Numbered from the stretch's first letter, positions 8,546 to 22,804 are shown. The stretch: 64,000 bases of DNA from Spironucleus salmonicida (GCF_000497125.1 NC_090597.1:1313797-1377796), one strand, 5' to 3'. Numbers and translations: made by a program. The notes: generated from the letters alone by a model not told the origin.

Positions 8546-11020
8546 ATGTATCCTATTACACCAACATCATTTACGCGTCCTCAGGAAGCATATAACAAGA
8601 TGATGCAATTTTAAAATGTAGATGCATAAGACCATTATATGGAAGTACACTCTTTTACAGATTTAACATTTTCAGTTAAAACATAGCAAGTTACGTAAAC
8701 TATTTAGGCGACAGCTTCAACTATTAAACGGCCAACATAAACATAGATTACTTCTTCTTCATACAATTCGACTTAATATGAGCCATAATTATTAACTGAA
8801 TAAACATTAACATAAAAACTAAAGGATAATCCATTGCAATCTGCCATACAACGAGTTTCTGCCATTTTAACAGATTCTATTTATATGAATTAATTAGGAG
8901 ATGCTGAATATGCTATGCTTTCTGACTAAGAATAATATGATGCTCGTGGTCAGTCAACTCTTCCTGAAATATAAGCATTACAACATGCAAAGTATTCAAA
9001 AGGAAAAGTTGTCTCTTGTACTACTTCAACAAATTGGAATAATTCAACTATTGTGTTTCAAGCTGTTGTTCCGTAAGGATATTTCGAATCAATCGATGAA
9101 GAAACCGGGTTAAAAGATACCAAAAATGAATTTCACGTTCTTATTTGGAATATTGCAGATGCTCTATCACCATTAGGTGTTTTGGTTTCGCACACAGCTA
9201 TTTCTTCAATAGCAGTTAGTTAAAATAAATAGGGATTAGTGGTTTCTTGCGGTACTGTATCAGGTTAAGTTTTAGTATATGATTTAGATTCAACATTTAA
9301 ATCATTCTATGACGTCATTTTTTAGCAAAATGCTCCTAAAAATTCACAGGAAGCTATTTTCAACGCAAGAAATAATATGACATTTTCATAATCAATTAGT
9401 TCAAATTCAACACCTCAATATTTTTATCCTTCTATTTCTACATCTGTAACTCATTTCCATACTCTAACAATTACTGATATATAGTGGCTCCCTCATGATT
9501 GTTAAATATTACGTAGCGGCGAACTATAACTCTCAGCCAATCCAATGGGAGCAATTTAGTTTGTATCTGTTAGCCCTGATGGATTTTTAAAGTTATTTTC
9601 ATTAAATTGTGTAGATAGAGACACTACTAGACCAGATTTAACAGTATTAGTTCCATTCTTAACTCTTCCTATGGCTTCTATGTTCCCATAAGTTAAGTCT
9701 CTCAAACCTGTATCTATTACATTTCCCGATAGTCATGAACCTAATACCAATTTTGTTTTAGGAGATGCATTTGGAAATTTGAGTTTTAGTACTTGGCCAG
9801 CTGCAGTCGCTGGATTTTATGCATTAGAAGATGAAAAGAAACGTTAAGAAAAAGTTTTAAGCAGAGAGATGACAAATGAAGCAAATTAGTAACTAGAGAG
9901 ACTACAAACAATGTACTAAGATAATCCTACAAAAGGAACTTGTATTAGTAGTTTTAGATATTTTTTAGGTGCTGTTTTTAAATTAGAATTCAGCAAAATC
10001 AATAGTACTATGTTGATGGCTGCGGCAAGCGATGGTATTAAAATGTGGGTTTTAGAGAAAAATATTCATTTATAAAGTAGTGAAATGGCTATGAGAGGTG
10101 TCGTTGAAGAACAGTTAGTTTTGTAATAAGATTTTGAAGCTGGTGAAAATGCAGGTTTCGTTATTGTAGAATAAATGCCCTTTGTGTCAAAGCCATATAT
10201 GGCTGCCTAAAATATTATAGAAGAGGAAATAAATTTAAATTCTCCTTTTGTAGAATAAAATGCCTTGCTTTCACACTTAAATATGAATATTTCTAGCAAT
10301 TAAACTGTATCTGATATGAGTTCTATGAATGTTGGAGACTTAAATAAAAGGGCCCTTAACTAGCCTTAGATTTTGGTTAAATCATTTGAAACGGATTTCC
10401 CTAATTATGACTTTTACGAACCTGTATTTTCATTTTTGATTAATGAGGGCTCTATTACCGCTTGTTGTTTGTCACAATCTCGTGTGGGAGTTGTTTTTAT
10501 CGGAACGGATCGTGGATAAATTCTTGTATTTGATCTTCTTGATAGAATGTATGAACCATTAATCACTGCTTAAACAACTGTAGGACCAGTTACAAATATG
10601 CATTATTTTTCGTAGGCAGTAATGAGTAATTAAATATCAACAACTGTTCAGACTGATGCTAATGCTAATTTTAATATTTTACCAGAAAAGAAAAAATAGA
10701 GGCGTGTAGATTGCTTACTAGTGGGGGATATGCATGGAACAGTTCATGTTTTGGAAATTCCTAGCTCATTGAAATAGTAAAAGAAAAGAGCCGGTGCATT
10801 AGTTGATGAGAAAACAGTTCATGAAAAAAGTAGGCTAAGACAGCAATTTAGAAGATGCTTAGAAAGTGTAGTCTATATGAGATATAGATAAAACGTAAGA
10901 TCAAGATAAATTGACGAATCCAAATAAAGGGCTATCGAATAAGAAGAATAAAAATAAGAGTAGACCAGGTAAGAAGCTCTAAAGGAATAAGAAGAAAAAG
11001 CAGGCAAGAAATAGCAGTGA
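8546..11020 (+). CDS. WDR63: WD40 inner-arm dynein intermediate chain WDR63/DNAI3 (IC140-like), 824 aa
   Basis: VLIWNIADALSP...CGTVSGQVLVYDL, SHFHTLTITDIQWLP, GVVFIGTDRGQILVFDLLDR, VGDMHGTVHVLEIP, charged C-terminal coil. Confidence 0.8.
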
Positions 11021-11046
11021 TATATTATACTGAACAAATATATGAA

Positions 11047-12354
11047 TCATTCGTCAATAGGTATATTTTCTAACACACGTACCTAGCTTTGTTGATATTT
11101 GTGTTTATTTACTTCACTTAATTAAACCCCAGCTCCAAAATAGTAAAGTAAGAGATTAATAACAGGTAAGAGGCAAACTATTAAGGATATCATATATGGA
11201 TAGTTAAGTGCTCCTTAAATATAAAAGAATATTACTTTTCCACAACAACCACTACATGTTATTAGAAAACTAGCTACATAATTAAATTTTACAGGTAACA
11301 GTTGCATAATAACACCAGGTAATAGCGTCAAACATACAGAGCAATTTATTTATGCTAAATACGTATTCATGGTTCTAAGCCAAAAGGTAGTTGCAAACAT
11401 GTTTAGGAATTGATTTAACACTATTAACAAATTTGATAAAAGGAAAATAAACTTATTCAAATGCTTTTTTTATAGTAACAAAGTGAACAACGATCCTATA
11501 AGACTGCAAATCAATAGCCCTGTTTCAAACCCGGCTATAAGTATAGGTGACTAATATGGTAGTTTTTAAATAAACAAAAATTTTATTAATTCGTTAATAG
11601 TAGAGGTTAAAATAGAACAGAAAAATAGAGAAACTAATGGCTTTTGAATCAAATATAATGGAATAAGAGGATTAACTGCCGACCTTTCTATATAGTATAA
11701 TCCTACAAAGCATGATAATGAAATTAACAATAAACAAAATGCTGGAATATAGAATTGTAAACCCCCTAGAAAAAACGAGTATAACACAGTTAAAAATGCT
11801 AGCACGCTAATAGATGCTCCAGCGATATCAAATTTTAATTTATAAAAATTACTGTTAGTAATTAGCACAGAATATATACAGCAAACTATTAATAGTGCTC
11901 CGGTTGGATAGTAACAGCATCTTTTAAGAAAAGCACTGCTTACCAAAAAGTAAGGACCAAACACTTATCCTAAGTTCATATATGCAACAAACAGTATATA
12001 AAATTATTAGGAATCGATGACAGATGGAAGTAACCTAATATTACTTAAAAGAGCAGTATACGTTACTGAACATGATATTCCAAAAATAAATTCAAATATT
12101 ATTTTAACATAGTACTATTAACTTAATACTGTAAGAATGCACAATAATGAGCTTAGAAATAATCCGATCGTTAGTTGGGCCTATGAACCAATCCGATTCT
12201 ATACTCTTCCTAAAGCGAGTGAAAAAGACGCTTAAGAAATACTAGAATAAATTGATAATGTTGAAGTTAAAGTAACACCTAATATAACTAGAAACGGAGC
12301 TATGACTAATATTTTTCCTTTTGCTGGCTGTAAAAATAAAGGTTTAGTATTCAT
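11047..12354 (-). CDS. Major facilitator superfamily transporter (435 aa)
   Basis: About 12 hydrophobic segments; LGRVQNRIGS resembles motif A; ERSAVNPLIPL. Confidence 0.8.
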
Positions 12355-12438
12355 TTTTCGAAGAAATATAATATTCTTAATTATACATTATAAATATATA
12401 CAGTATGCATAGTTAATATTTTCATTAGTTTTTTTCAT

Positions 12439-13095
12439 ATGCTATCACGTAACCCAATTTATATTGCCTGTTCTGAATAAACTTTATTTAAGGATAATAA
12501 ATACAAATTTTTAACAAAAATAGAAAATATTAATATACAAAAAAATACTTACTCTACCATTTGTTCATAATAGATTTCATTCAAACTAACATATATACAA
12601 AAGTATAAATTCTACTTTAATCTTAATAAATAACATTTGTAAAGCTCTAAATTTCACCTTTTAATAATAGTTTTGATGTTTTAACAGCAATACAAAGTCT
12701 ATAAAAATATACAATCTGAGAGTTAATAATTAGCTTAAAAACTATATTCATTTCATCCTATCATAATTTATTTTATAGCAGTTTATATGTTTAATAAATA
12801 TTAACCTTACATCTTATATGTGTATTTCAGATGCTTAGTATTAATTCCGAATATTTAGTTTCTGCCATAAAATTTACAAAATATAAGTCAATTACACCAT
12901 AAATTTCACCTAACTTTACCTTATCATGACAATGCAAACATCATCTATCAAAAACCAACTGAATTAATCCTATACTGTCAATAATTTGACTGCAAACCAA
13001 ATGCCTATTATCAGCAAAAGGATATTCAGAATATCGTGTTAATTTATCCCATCACGCACATAATAATGATACAATAAAAAAATACAATATTCTGA
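12439..13095 (+). CDS. Possible hypothetical protein (218 aa)
   Basis: Open table-6 frame, but G-poor sequence makes chance ORFs plausible. Confidence 0.3.
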
Positions 13096-13152
13096 ATATC
13101 TTCACACGCTCGAAACTACCAATAAAGTTTTTAATTAAAAAAACGACTATTC

Positions 13153-16100
13153 TCACTCCCAAGTAAACCTCCATAGTTCTCCACATAGACTCATTTACAT
13201 TAGCTGCATTTCATACTTCCATCTAACCCCCAAATCTTCAAACTGAAGCGAAAACGCTCACTACAGGTCCGGCAAAAACGCGCCGCCGACCTTCGCCTAC
13301 CGCTCCTTTGCACGAATGACGTTCCGCAACCGCAAAATCTCAGAGCGGTTCTCCTCGTAGCGATCCAGCAGCGCCTCGTCGATCTTGCAGTCCGAGTTCG
13401 CCTGTACCTGCGCCTGGTGCAGCTCTCTGCGCAACTGGTTGATCTCCTGTAGCAGCAACGCGTTCTACTGCATCACACCGCTCGTACTGGACTTCGTCTG
13501 GTTGTTCTGCGCACTAACTTTTTGTTGCAATTTGACTACATTGGCCTCCATTTTTGAGAAGTTTCCGTTCACTTCGTCTTGCTCGCGCTGCTCCACTAGC
13601 TTGTTGGCCTTCTACGTGAGCGTCATATCGATGTTTTTGATCTCGTTGACTAGCTATTTATATTACATGTTCTTATCGATGCCTATCGCACTTGGCTAAA
13701 TCTACATTTTGCTATTTTAAAGCTGTAGATTGGGAAGGGAATTGAGTGATTTTTGCTATATAATTTAAGAATCCAGAACCCGCTTCATGCGGTTTACACT
13801 CACACGGACCTCGGAAAGTTTGTGCAAAATCGTGTATTTTTCCTCTTCGCTAATTGTGATTTACTGCTTCAAAGCGGTAATTTTGCGTGTCAATTCTTTC
13901 TTGTTCGTCTGCAGTTGCATTAAATTCAGCCTATATTAGCTCAGCTCCTGGTTCATCTCTTTGAGTTTAATTTTTAGGTCTGCACGTTCTTGGTCTTTTG
14001 GCTGTATAGTGCGCTTTAATTCGCGGATTTTGAATTACAAAATGAACGAAATTTTGTTCAATTCGCGAATTTTCTGGTTGAGTTCAACAACTCGCTTTTC
14101 ACGCTAAGAAATCGTGGAATCACGATTGCGAATTTCGTTTTTATTATCATTTATAGCCTTGCGTAATTCCGCAATTTTGGACTTTAAATCGCTTATTTCG
14201 ATTTCTTTGGCGGAAAGAAGCTTTTTCTGGTTGATAAGCGATGTTTCCAGCGTTCTATATTCTTGTTTTGTCGTGTAATTGAGCTGCTTTACCTGTTCTT
14301 GCTCCAAATCGAGTTCTTTGTTACGCTAGTTGTAAAATGAGGAATAATTATCGCATTCGACGTAAAGCTAATCCTCAGAAAGTTTGTAAATGAGCTCATT
14401 TTGCTCTGTCATAAACGAAAGTTGTTTATTTAGCGCTGAAGTTTTATTTGTCAACTGATCCAACTCCGATTCCCGCTATTGCATGTAATCGTCAACTTGC
14501 TAGCTCGTTTCGTTCACGAAAACTTGTTACTTCTGAATCAAGTCCTCTTCGACGTTGATTTGACGAGTTTAGAGCTCTGAAATCTGCTCCTACATCATCA
14601 CGAGGCGCTTCTGATACTGATTTTCTAGCGCTCGCTTCGAGTCCTTGAACAGATTCTCATTATTCGCAATTTAACGTTTCAGCAAAATCGCCTTGTTGTC
14701 GTGATCCGTTTTCAGGCGCGCGTGCTCTGATAAATGCGTCGAAATGTTATCGTTTGTGGAGTTGATAATTTTGTTCAAATCAATCTGAAATTGGTCGTCA
14801 AGAAATTGAAGCTTCTGTTGGAGCTCCTTTTTAGTGTCGAAAATATAGTTTTTTGCGTGATTTATCGTCTTGTAAATTCCCTAAAGTTGTGTATCGTGGA
14901 CTGAAAAAGGAAGGAAATTAGCTGTCAAAACTGACGTTTTCTCCTGCGTTTGCGATATCGATGCCTGCTGCTAAACGAGCGGTTTTGGGGTCATGAAATT
15001 CTTGAATTTTATGCTGTAAACGAGGCCGTCCTCGGTCGAAACGATGAATCCGGTATTGTCATGAATCGCTGAAAGACCGGTAATTCTGGTGTTGTTGATA
15101 GGAATCACAATTTCCTCAGATTCTTTGTCGCGGCTCAAAAATTTCGTTATATCACCTTAATTTCCTTAAATAGCGACTTCTTCAATGAGATTTTTGATAT
15201 TTTTTACTATAACATAGCCTTGTTCGTAGCTGATTATGAGGTAATTTAGCATTTATAATAACATAGTTGGTCGGCCTTTGTAGACTTTTTTCTAGTCCCA
15301 TTTTCCGTCGTTTATGCTGCAAATGACATCGTTGCTTGCACTTCCACGAATTTCGATCAAATTTAGTGCATTTCCAACGCCTATAACCTGGTCATTTCCC
15401 AAATTTACGTTCAAAATACCACGTTCTTTAGCATTAAAATCAAATACGCGAATTGTGGCGTCTGTCATAATTCCGAAAAGAAGTGGATTTTGAGGTAAAA
15501 ATTAGTTAATTGTTAGCTGGCCTTCTTTTTGTGAGATTATACCGCCGACACCAATGCAGCAGCTGACAAGAACATGCATTCCGCGTAGCGCGCATTATTT
15601 CTCGCGTTTTCCACTCGCAGCATCAAAAATACAAACCGTACCGTCCGCACACGAAATCCAGAATAATCCTTCATATTTTCCGCTCGAAAAATCTCTAAAA
15701 ATTGGCTAAATTGAGCTCACACGGCTAGGAAAATCATCAATTTTGTATAATTCCTCGCGTGCGTAAAAGTCGAAAACGTGTAAATGGATCCCACTAGCAG
15801 CCAAAAACAGGTCACCACTGTGCGAAAATGCCATAACTTTACAGAATTAAATGTTGAATTAATGCAATTTCAAGATCCTGTCGAGGTAAATCTGGCACAG
15901 CATAATGAAATCGGTTCCTGCTAAAACTAGATACTGAGCGCTCGGATGGAGCAAAATTTGGCTCGCAGTGTCAGGAAATCGGCAAAGCGAAAATTCGTTT
16001 AGAGTGAACTGATCAAAGATTCTGACGATTCGGTCGTTAGATAAAATGGCCAAATTGTTCGAAATGATTGACGAAGAAGTTGACGTAATTGTGTTATTCG

Positions 16101-17673
16101 TAAACAGCGGTTTTACAAGCCAAAGCTCAGTATTTCGGTTATAGTCGTATGGAAGCGATTGATCCAACGAATCCTCCGGAGACGATTAAAAGTTGATTTG
16201 CAGGATTTCTGCATCCATACTGTTCAAATCCGTGACTTCGCCTTTGATGATCGTCAGCTGGTCCTGGCTAATGAGCTTTTTGACCTCTTCCGTCTGATTT
16301 GTGAGCATCGTGCGAATAACGTCTTTTAGCGTATTCAGGTCTCGCGACTACAGAATGAACTGACCGCGCAGCCCGTCAACTTCCATAATTCGCTTCACGA
16401 GAAGCGGTAATTTGAGCCCAAAAATCATTTTCTGGCTCTAATTCCGGCCGTAGCCGACCATGAAACGTTCATTTTTAGTCAAAATCAAATTCTGGACGTC
16501 AAATGGCGGATTCGTACGACAGAGCAGCGAATCGACAACACCTGCGCAGGAATAGCTCAATAAGTGCACGAAAAATTTGTTGCTGTCGAACTGCTTTTCC
16601 CAGTTCGTGCTGCCGCTGTAGACGTTTTTGACGACAAATCGGAAGAATTCGCTGATTTGAATGCCGTAGAAATGAACGAGCCCCTTGCTGCTTGCAACAG
16701 CCAGGAACCCCGCAGAGCGCTCAGGAACGTCGATTTGGTTCAGTTGGCTGTTGAAAAACGTGAAATTCGTGCGGGCAGGATTCACATCCTCAAACGTGTT
16801 TTTGCCGTCAAAACCGTTCAAAAAGACCACCGGATCGTTTAAAAAGAGCATCTAGTTGAATTGAAATTCCTTCACAATTTCACACTTGAATTCGCTCACA
16901 ATCGTGTTGTTGAAAATGACGCAAATACTGCCATCTTTTGTGCTCAAAAGGATCAATTTATCGCTTTCTTGAGGGAAAAACGGGTACTTTTTCAAAAGCG
17001 CCTTGTTGAGGTAAATGCCGTCCGTGAAGATTTTGTTGCCCGTGAGACTCTGCATGTTATTAGGTGCTAGGACCTTCGCAGTCCCGGCGGCCAATTTGAT
17101 GAATTTTATAGTAGAATTCGCGATGAAAAGAAGCTCTTTGTCAGTCAGTTGCACAATTTTGAGCGTTTCGATTTCCTGGTCGTTTTTGCTGTCGATAATA
17201 TCCGGCTACGTGATTTTGAGCGAGTAGGTTGGTAGCGAGGTCGTTTTCTGGTCATTGTCGTAGATGAGCATCTAGTAGCCTGACGTGAAATCGGTGATAA
17301 CGAGCAGGCGGTTTTCAGTGACGAAATGGGCAAGAATGATCGATTTGACTATTTTCATGCCCTGGTTCGTTTTCACGGCGATAAAAATGCGGTGTTTGAA
17401 CTGGAATTGGAAGGCTGAGTTCTTCTCGTAAATTGAGACGCATGCACCCTCCGGGCGGATCTCTGTCGACAGCAGCGTACAGCCGTTATTGAAAAACTGC
17501 AGCTGTGCGATTTTGATGATGTTCTCACCCAGAGAGAGAGTTGTGACAGTTTTGTTTTCCGTAAAATTGTGGAAAACGACCGAAAACCCGGCTAGATAAG
17601 CGGTCACATCGGCTGTAACGTAGTGCAGCGTCGCGGAAGGCAACTGGGTAATGCCGAAAGTGGCCGATAGCAT
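13153..17673 (-). CDS. CFAP57: Cilia- and flagella-associated protein 57 (WDR65), 1,506 aa
   Basis: N-terminal WD40s; C-terminal REKRVVELNQKIRELNKISFILQFKIRELKRTIQPKD and MQQNALLLQEINQLRREL match CFAP57 hallmarks. Confidence 0.9.
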
Positions 17674-17699
17674 TTTTGCGGAATGTGGAGTGGGTGGGG
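17674..17699 (-). promoter_or_regulatory. C-rich initiator plus CCGCAAAA motif upstream of CFAP57
   Basis: CCCCACCCACTCCACATTCCGCAAAA-ATG on the minus strand. Confidence 0.6.
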
Positions 17700-17938
17700 T
17701 AATAAGATTAATTAATATATAATAATATGGTTAATAGATGCTTTTGAAAAAAGCTCGGTTGCTAAGATGCAGTTTCTTGGACAAGAGAAATATGTAAGCT
17801 TAAGGATGATATATTTAAGGCAACCTAGCATGTGAAGCTGATTATAGATATTTAATTGATAGAATATAAGATTGAAATAAGGTACTACCACTAGTTTATT
17901 ATAATATATAATATAAGAATTAATGCTTAAATTTTGAT

Positions 17939-18949
17939 ATGAATTAATATTCCTAACACTAGCTCACGAATACTACGTAAATAGAGTAATTTATTAACCA
18001 TTATTAAAATCTTACTGCTGATTTTTCGCCTTAACGGATTTTTAAAGCCATAGATTTCATTATAAACATAATGCATACTTACATTTCACAAGCGTCATAG
18101 GTTTATGATACTTTTCGCAAACTAAAGGTAATAAACTAAGCTATTCTGAATCTATCTAGCGATGATTTATTTTAGCAGGTGAAAAGACTCTTTCCTTCCG
18201 TGTTTGGATTTGCACGCAATAGCGAATAGATCTCTCTACACCCTTCGCAACTATTTAAAATCTTTGCAAATGCATTAATAGATGAAGCATTTGTTAACTA
18301 AAGGTATACAGGAAGATCAGTGTAGATGATAAAGGATCTACTTTAACATATATCGATAACTCACAAAATCGACTTCTCTTATGTGGAAGAGTATGCAGAT
18401 TTGTTAGTCTTTAATGCAGGCAAAATTGATGTCTTTAAATCGTACACTCAGCTTTACTTTATTATTTCGCTCTTAGGGGTAAAATTTGGCGATATTATGG
18501 ATCGGGGTAGTAAACTTGAGATGAGGTAGTTTGATGGGATAATTCATGATTTTTGGCGCGCAATGGAGCACAATTAGTTATTGATTTTGAACCAACCACT
18601 ATTTTTAGGATCAAAGTGTGTAGTTTTATCTAGATTCTTTGAGTCTGACAACGGTGATATTGTTGAAATGTAAAATGGATCCATTTAAATCAAAAGTGGA
18701 CTTATGAATGATTAGTTTAGGAAAAATAGCATTGGCAGTTACGAAACAATGACTTACCAAGGCATGAAAAGTAAACTCCTTGAAGATAGGGATTTTGGAG
18801 ATGAATTAAGAACAACACAGCTAAAAATGCCAAATTAAAGTTCTTAAATCTCAGAGTTACTCAAGTTAATGAGAGACATGTAATAGTAAATCAATAAATT
18901 ATAAAATGATGTTGAGGAATTAAAAGTTTTAAAAAATTATTACCAATGA
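17939..18949 (+). CDS. Hypothetical protein (336 aa) with C-terminal coiled coil
   Basis: Table-6 ORF MNQYSQHQLTNTTQIEQFINHY...DVEELKVLKNYYQ. Confidence 0.75.
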
Positions 18950-18992
18950 TTATTTTATTATGTTAATTATATTGTTTTTCTTTCCGCAAAAT

Positions 18993-19148
18993 ATGCAGTT
19001 TGTTTAACAAGTAGAATATCCCAAAGATTTTCCCGCACTTATGATGGATTTTTCAAGAGAAGTACTTAGAGAATAACCTGAAAATATCTATGAGTTTGCA
19101 GTTAAACATTTTACAACAATTAAAAAAGCATAAGTAGGATAACAGTGA
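18993..19148 (+). CDS. Stand-alone RIIa dimerisation/docking-domain protein (51 aa; radial-spoke/SPA17-like)
   Basis: YPKDFPALMMDFSREVLREQPENIYEFAVKHF; TTCCGCAAAAT upstream; CAGTGA stop. Confidence 0.85.
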
Positions 19149-19316
19149 AAACTCATATTATCTATATCTTTACGTAATACTATTTGTAAGATATATTTAT
19201 TTTATTCTTATATCTATACTATTCTTCATCGTTTTACAGTCCTTTTGATATCTTAATAATCAATGTAATAAAATATTATATCAATATGTTAGTTTTTAGA
19301 TACCACTCCTCAAATA

Positions 19317-21833
19317 ATGCAGTAACCAGATCTTATCGCAACACTATAATCTGCTTTAGATCCCAATTCTCCTAGCCATTAATAGTCTAATTTAGATATA
19401 AACAATTTACTATAATAAGCATCGCCAGATTTGTTAAAGTTAGCACTTTTTGGTGCAACATCAGCCAATGCCCCGGGAGAGTTCCGAGAATAGTCAGCCC
19501 TGCTTGTGAAAAACTTCCTTACTTCACAGAACCAAATTGTGCAGAGTTAGCGTTAGGCCGTCTGGAAAGCCTTTGAGATTGACTTCAAGGAACAGATCTT
19601 CTCCAGCCTGATGGGCGAGCTGAATCAACAACAGAGCTTCGGTCAGATCAACCAAATTTTCGCTGCGCTGGTAAACGCCTGCGACTACAAGGAGAAGAAC
19701 GAAATCATCGCTGGTCTGTTTGCCCAGGTCACTGGTCAGAATGTGCTGCGCATTCTGCAGATCCTGCTCCAGATTGAGATAAAGGATGCACAGATCCCGG
19801 AATTCATCGTATAGGCCTTGGAGCAGTGGCAGACGGTATTCCAGCCGCAAGACGCGCTGGAGTGCATTGTCCTGTGCATCAGGATACTGTAGTCTAGCAG
19901 CAGCAAGATCGCTAGGGATATGGAGGGGAGGGTTAACCTCCAGTTCAACAGCTTACTCTAGATGTGCGTATCTAATGGTCAGGTGGACTGGATTTGCGAG
20001 ATCCTCGAGTTCTACAACATCGTAGCGGACCAGTTCGATCTGCTGAACGAGCAGATCAACGGGCAGTCCTTTGCAGTGCAAATAATCAACCTGGGACTCA
20101 TGTTCTGCCCCGTCGAGCGGTAGGACCAGCGGATGTCCTTCATCATCCTGGAGCTGTACAAGAAACTATTCAGTCTCCCGCAGTACCGGTCGATCTACGC
20201 TTCCAACTATACATTCACTGTGATCGAGAGCTGCGTTCTGATGCACATAGAGAACCCCGCATACTTCCAGACCGCGCAGCTGAGTGACATTTTCGTGGTA
20301 GTCCAAGAGCTCCTGGGCACCATCATTCAGAACGCTAGCGAGCTATTACCAGACTTCGTCTCTCTGTATCAGGACTTCGTGTACTCCAGAAACTACCACC
20401 ATCCCCCCTCGGCAGACCCAGGCGCGTAGCTTAGCCAGCTCAAGTTCCAGATTCTGATCACACCGCTGCTGCAGCTGGAGAATGCGGCACAGATCCGTAC
20501 GTAACTGCTGGCAGACGTGCTGGGTGCACTGAACTTCGTCTTCTAGACCTCGCCACAGATAGTCCCACCGCTTCTGCAGTAGTCCCTTCTAGCGGCATCC
20601 TTCGTCATCAGTAAGACCACCTAGAAGCACAGCGTATTTAACCAGGTGTTAGCACTCACACCACAACTGACTCATGACTTCCATTACCAGGCGTTGGATC
20701 AGTTCCTCAGGAAGTTCATTGAGCTAGACAAGGGATATGCTCAGAATCACTTGAACAACATTCTACTGACAGTTATCCGCCCGGATAACACCACTATCTC
20801 CCTGCCGTCCAGTATGGTTCTGATCAACCATATTCTGCCGACACTTGAGTAACTCGTCAATTATACTAACTACAGCATGCTGCTACAATCACTCATAACC
20901 ATTTTCGCACCCCTGTAGCAGCTCTACATGGCCAACTAGAACAGTAACTACACATACCTCCAGGTGATCATCGAGGCCATCAACCTGCCGATCTTTTTCA
21001 TCGTCCAGAACCAGATACTGTTGTAGAAAGCAGACCTTATCTCTGCACAACAGTTGGTGAACCAGATCGAGAACCTCGTAATCCACGGCCTGCAGACCGA
21101 CGATTTCGCGACGGAGAACGTGGTCGCCAGTGGTATCGACCTCATTAGCGTCGTATTGCACAAGAACGAGCTGATCCTGCGGCAGGCAGGAGACCTGAAA
21201 GACTGGTGCATCCAGACCATCCGTAATGGAAACGGTGAGCTAGTAGCAAACTGCATCGACATCGTGATTTAGCTACCTAACTACCAGCCAGATACGGACC
21301 TCGAAAACCTCTTCGCTAGCGTGATCCAGAACCAGTACTCAACCGTCAAGGCCCAGAACGCCATCGTGGTCTACTACTGGCAGAAGATATAGCTTTTCAG
21401 CACCCTGCCTGCACCGGCCATCTTCCAGTTCTGCGAGACATTTATTAGCCGCATCGACGAGTTCAACTTTGCTGTCAAGGACTGGTTCATGCTGCTGCAG
21501 AGTGTGGTGCTTCTATACTCCCGGGTATACGAGTTCTCGCAACAGTACCCCGAGCAATTCGCATTCAGCTGCCAGAAGTTCATTTTCTTTAGTCAGCACA
21601 GGCCCACTCTTGCGACCGAGTACAACGAGATTCTCTTCAGCGTTGGCTACGAAGAGTGCTTCAACGGGATGATCCGGCTCTATCATAAGGAGAAGTCTCT
21701 TTAAAACATGATCCTGGGGTACATTCAGAGTCTAAAAAAAGTTTGGCCCGGACTTAGGGCCAATTGGAAAGGTACTGAGCTCGAAGGCAGTCTGCTGGTG
21801 TTCGAGGGGTAGTTCAGGGGTATCATTGAGTGA
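19317..21833 (+). CDS. Importin-beta/karyopherin family HEAT-repeat protein (838 aa)
   Basis: N-terminus LIATLQSALDPN...FREQSALLVKNF...W resembles IBN_N; helical repeats; joins several track fragments in one frame. Confidence 0.75.
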
Positions 21834-21868
21834 AATTTTGCATATTCAGATAAGATCTTTGGACTTTA

Positions 21869-22324
21869 TCAAGTTATCGGTGAATCCAGACAATTATTAA
21901 AAGACATATACAAATTATTTAGAATCAAACACTTTAATTTCAGTTTCACTAAAAGAGTCTTTAAATGCTTAATATTAGTTTTTATACCAAAAATCTATTC
22001 TATGGCAGTAGCTTCCTATTTTTCGTAAAGTAAATTTCTCGCTACAGTTCGTAGTTTTTAGTAGTCATAAATTTTTATTTTCCTATTACAATGTCGAGAA
22101 GTACAAGTTGTAGGTATATCTTATAAAATACTAAAGTTTAAAGCAAATAGTGAAGCCTCGTTTGAGTCACAAGGGTTAATCATTTTGATTATTGGCTTTG
22201 GCCGTAAAGAAAGGAATGGTTTGAGTTATATCTATGCATTTGAACTTTTTTATCTTAATGAATGTGAAGAATCCAAATCAAAACCTCGTTAATCTGATAG
22301 ATCAAGTTGAAGCGGTCTCTTCAT
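21869..22324 (-). CDS. Hypothetical protein (151 aa)
   Basis: Table-6 ORF MKRPLQLDLSDQRGFDLDSS... Confidence 0.5.
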
Positions 22325-22548
22325 TTTACCCCTTTAAATAATATCAGTTAATTGCACTTTATTGTAGTGAATTAATTGTTAAATGCTGAATATCATACAC
22401 GAGTCAACACATATATTACAGATAAATTTTAATCACATTTTTTCTTCATACTAAATTGTTATTAATAAAATTTAATCACTAATAATAATATTATTAATTA
22501 ACAAAAAGGTATATCAAGATCTTAAACCAGATATTCATTAACAGTCAA

Positions 22549-22804
22549 CAAGATCGCGCAGTCGCTTCTGGATAACGACAGGGGCACCATGCTCATCGGG
22601 GACCTGTGCTCGCAGGACCATGCCTCGCTCTCCGGCCAGCTCCAGGTGCTCGAGAACACGCCCGCTAACGCGAGGGTGTTTGAGGAGAGCTTCACGCCCG
22701 AGGTGCAGCAGTACCTCCAGGACGCCGGCAGGATCGTGGTGGTGATGCAGGTCCAGCACGTGCAGACCTGCCGCGGGGGCAAGACGACCGAGACGACGAT
22801 CTGA
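22549..22804 (+). pseudogene. 5'-truncated copy of the PNPOx-like gene
   Basis: Same KIAQSLL...TETTI C-terminal part; no in-frame ATG in the upstream flank back to a TGA near 22265. Confidence 0.65.
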
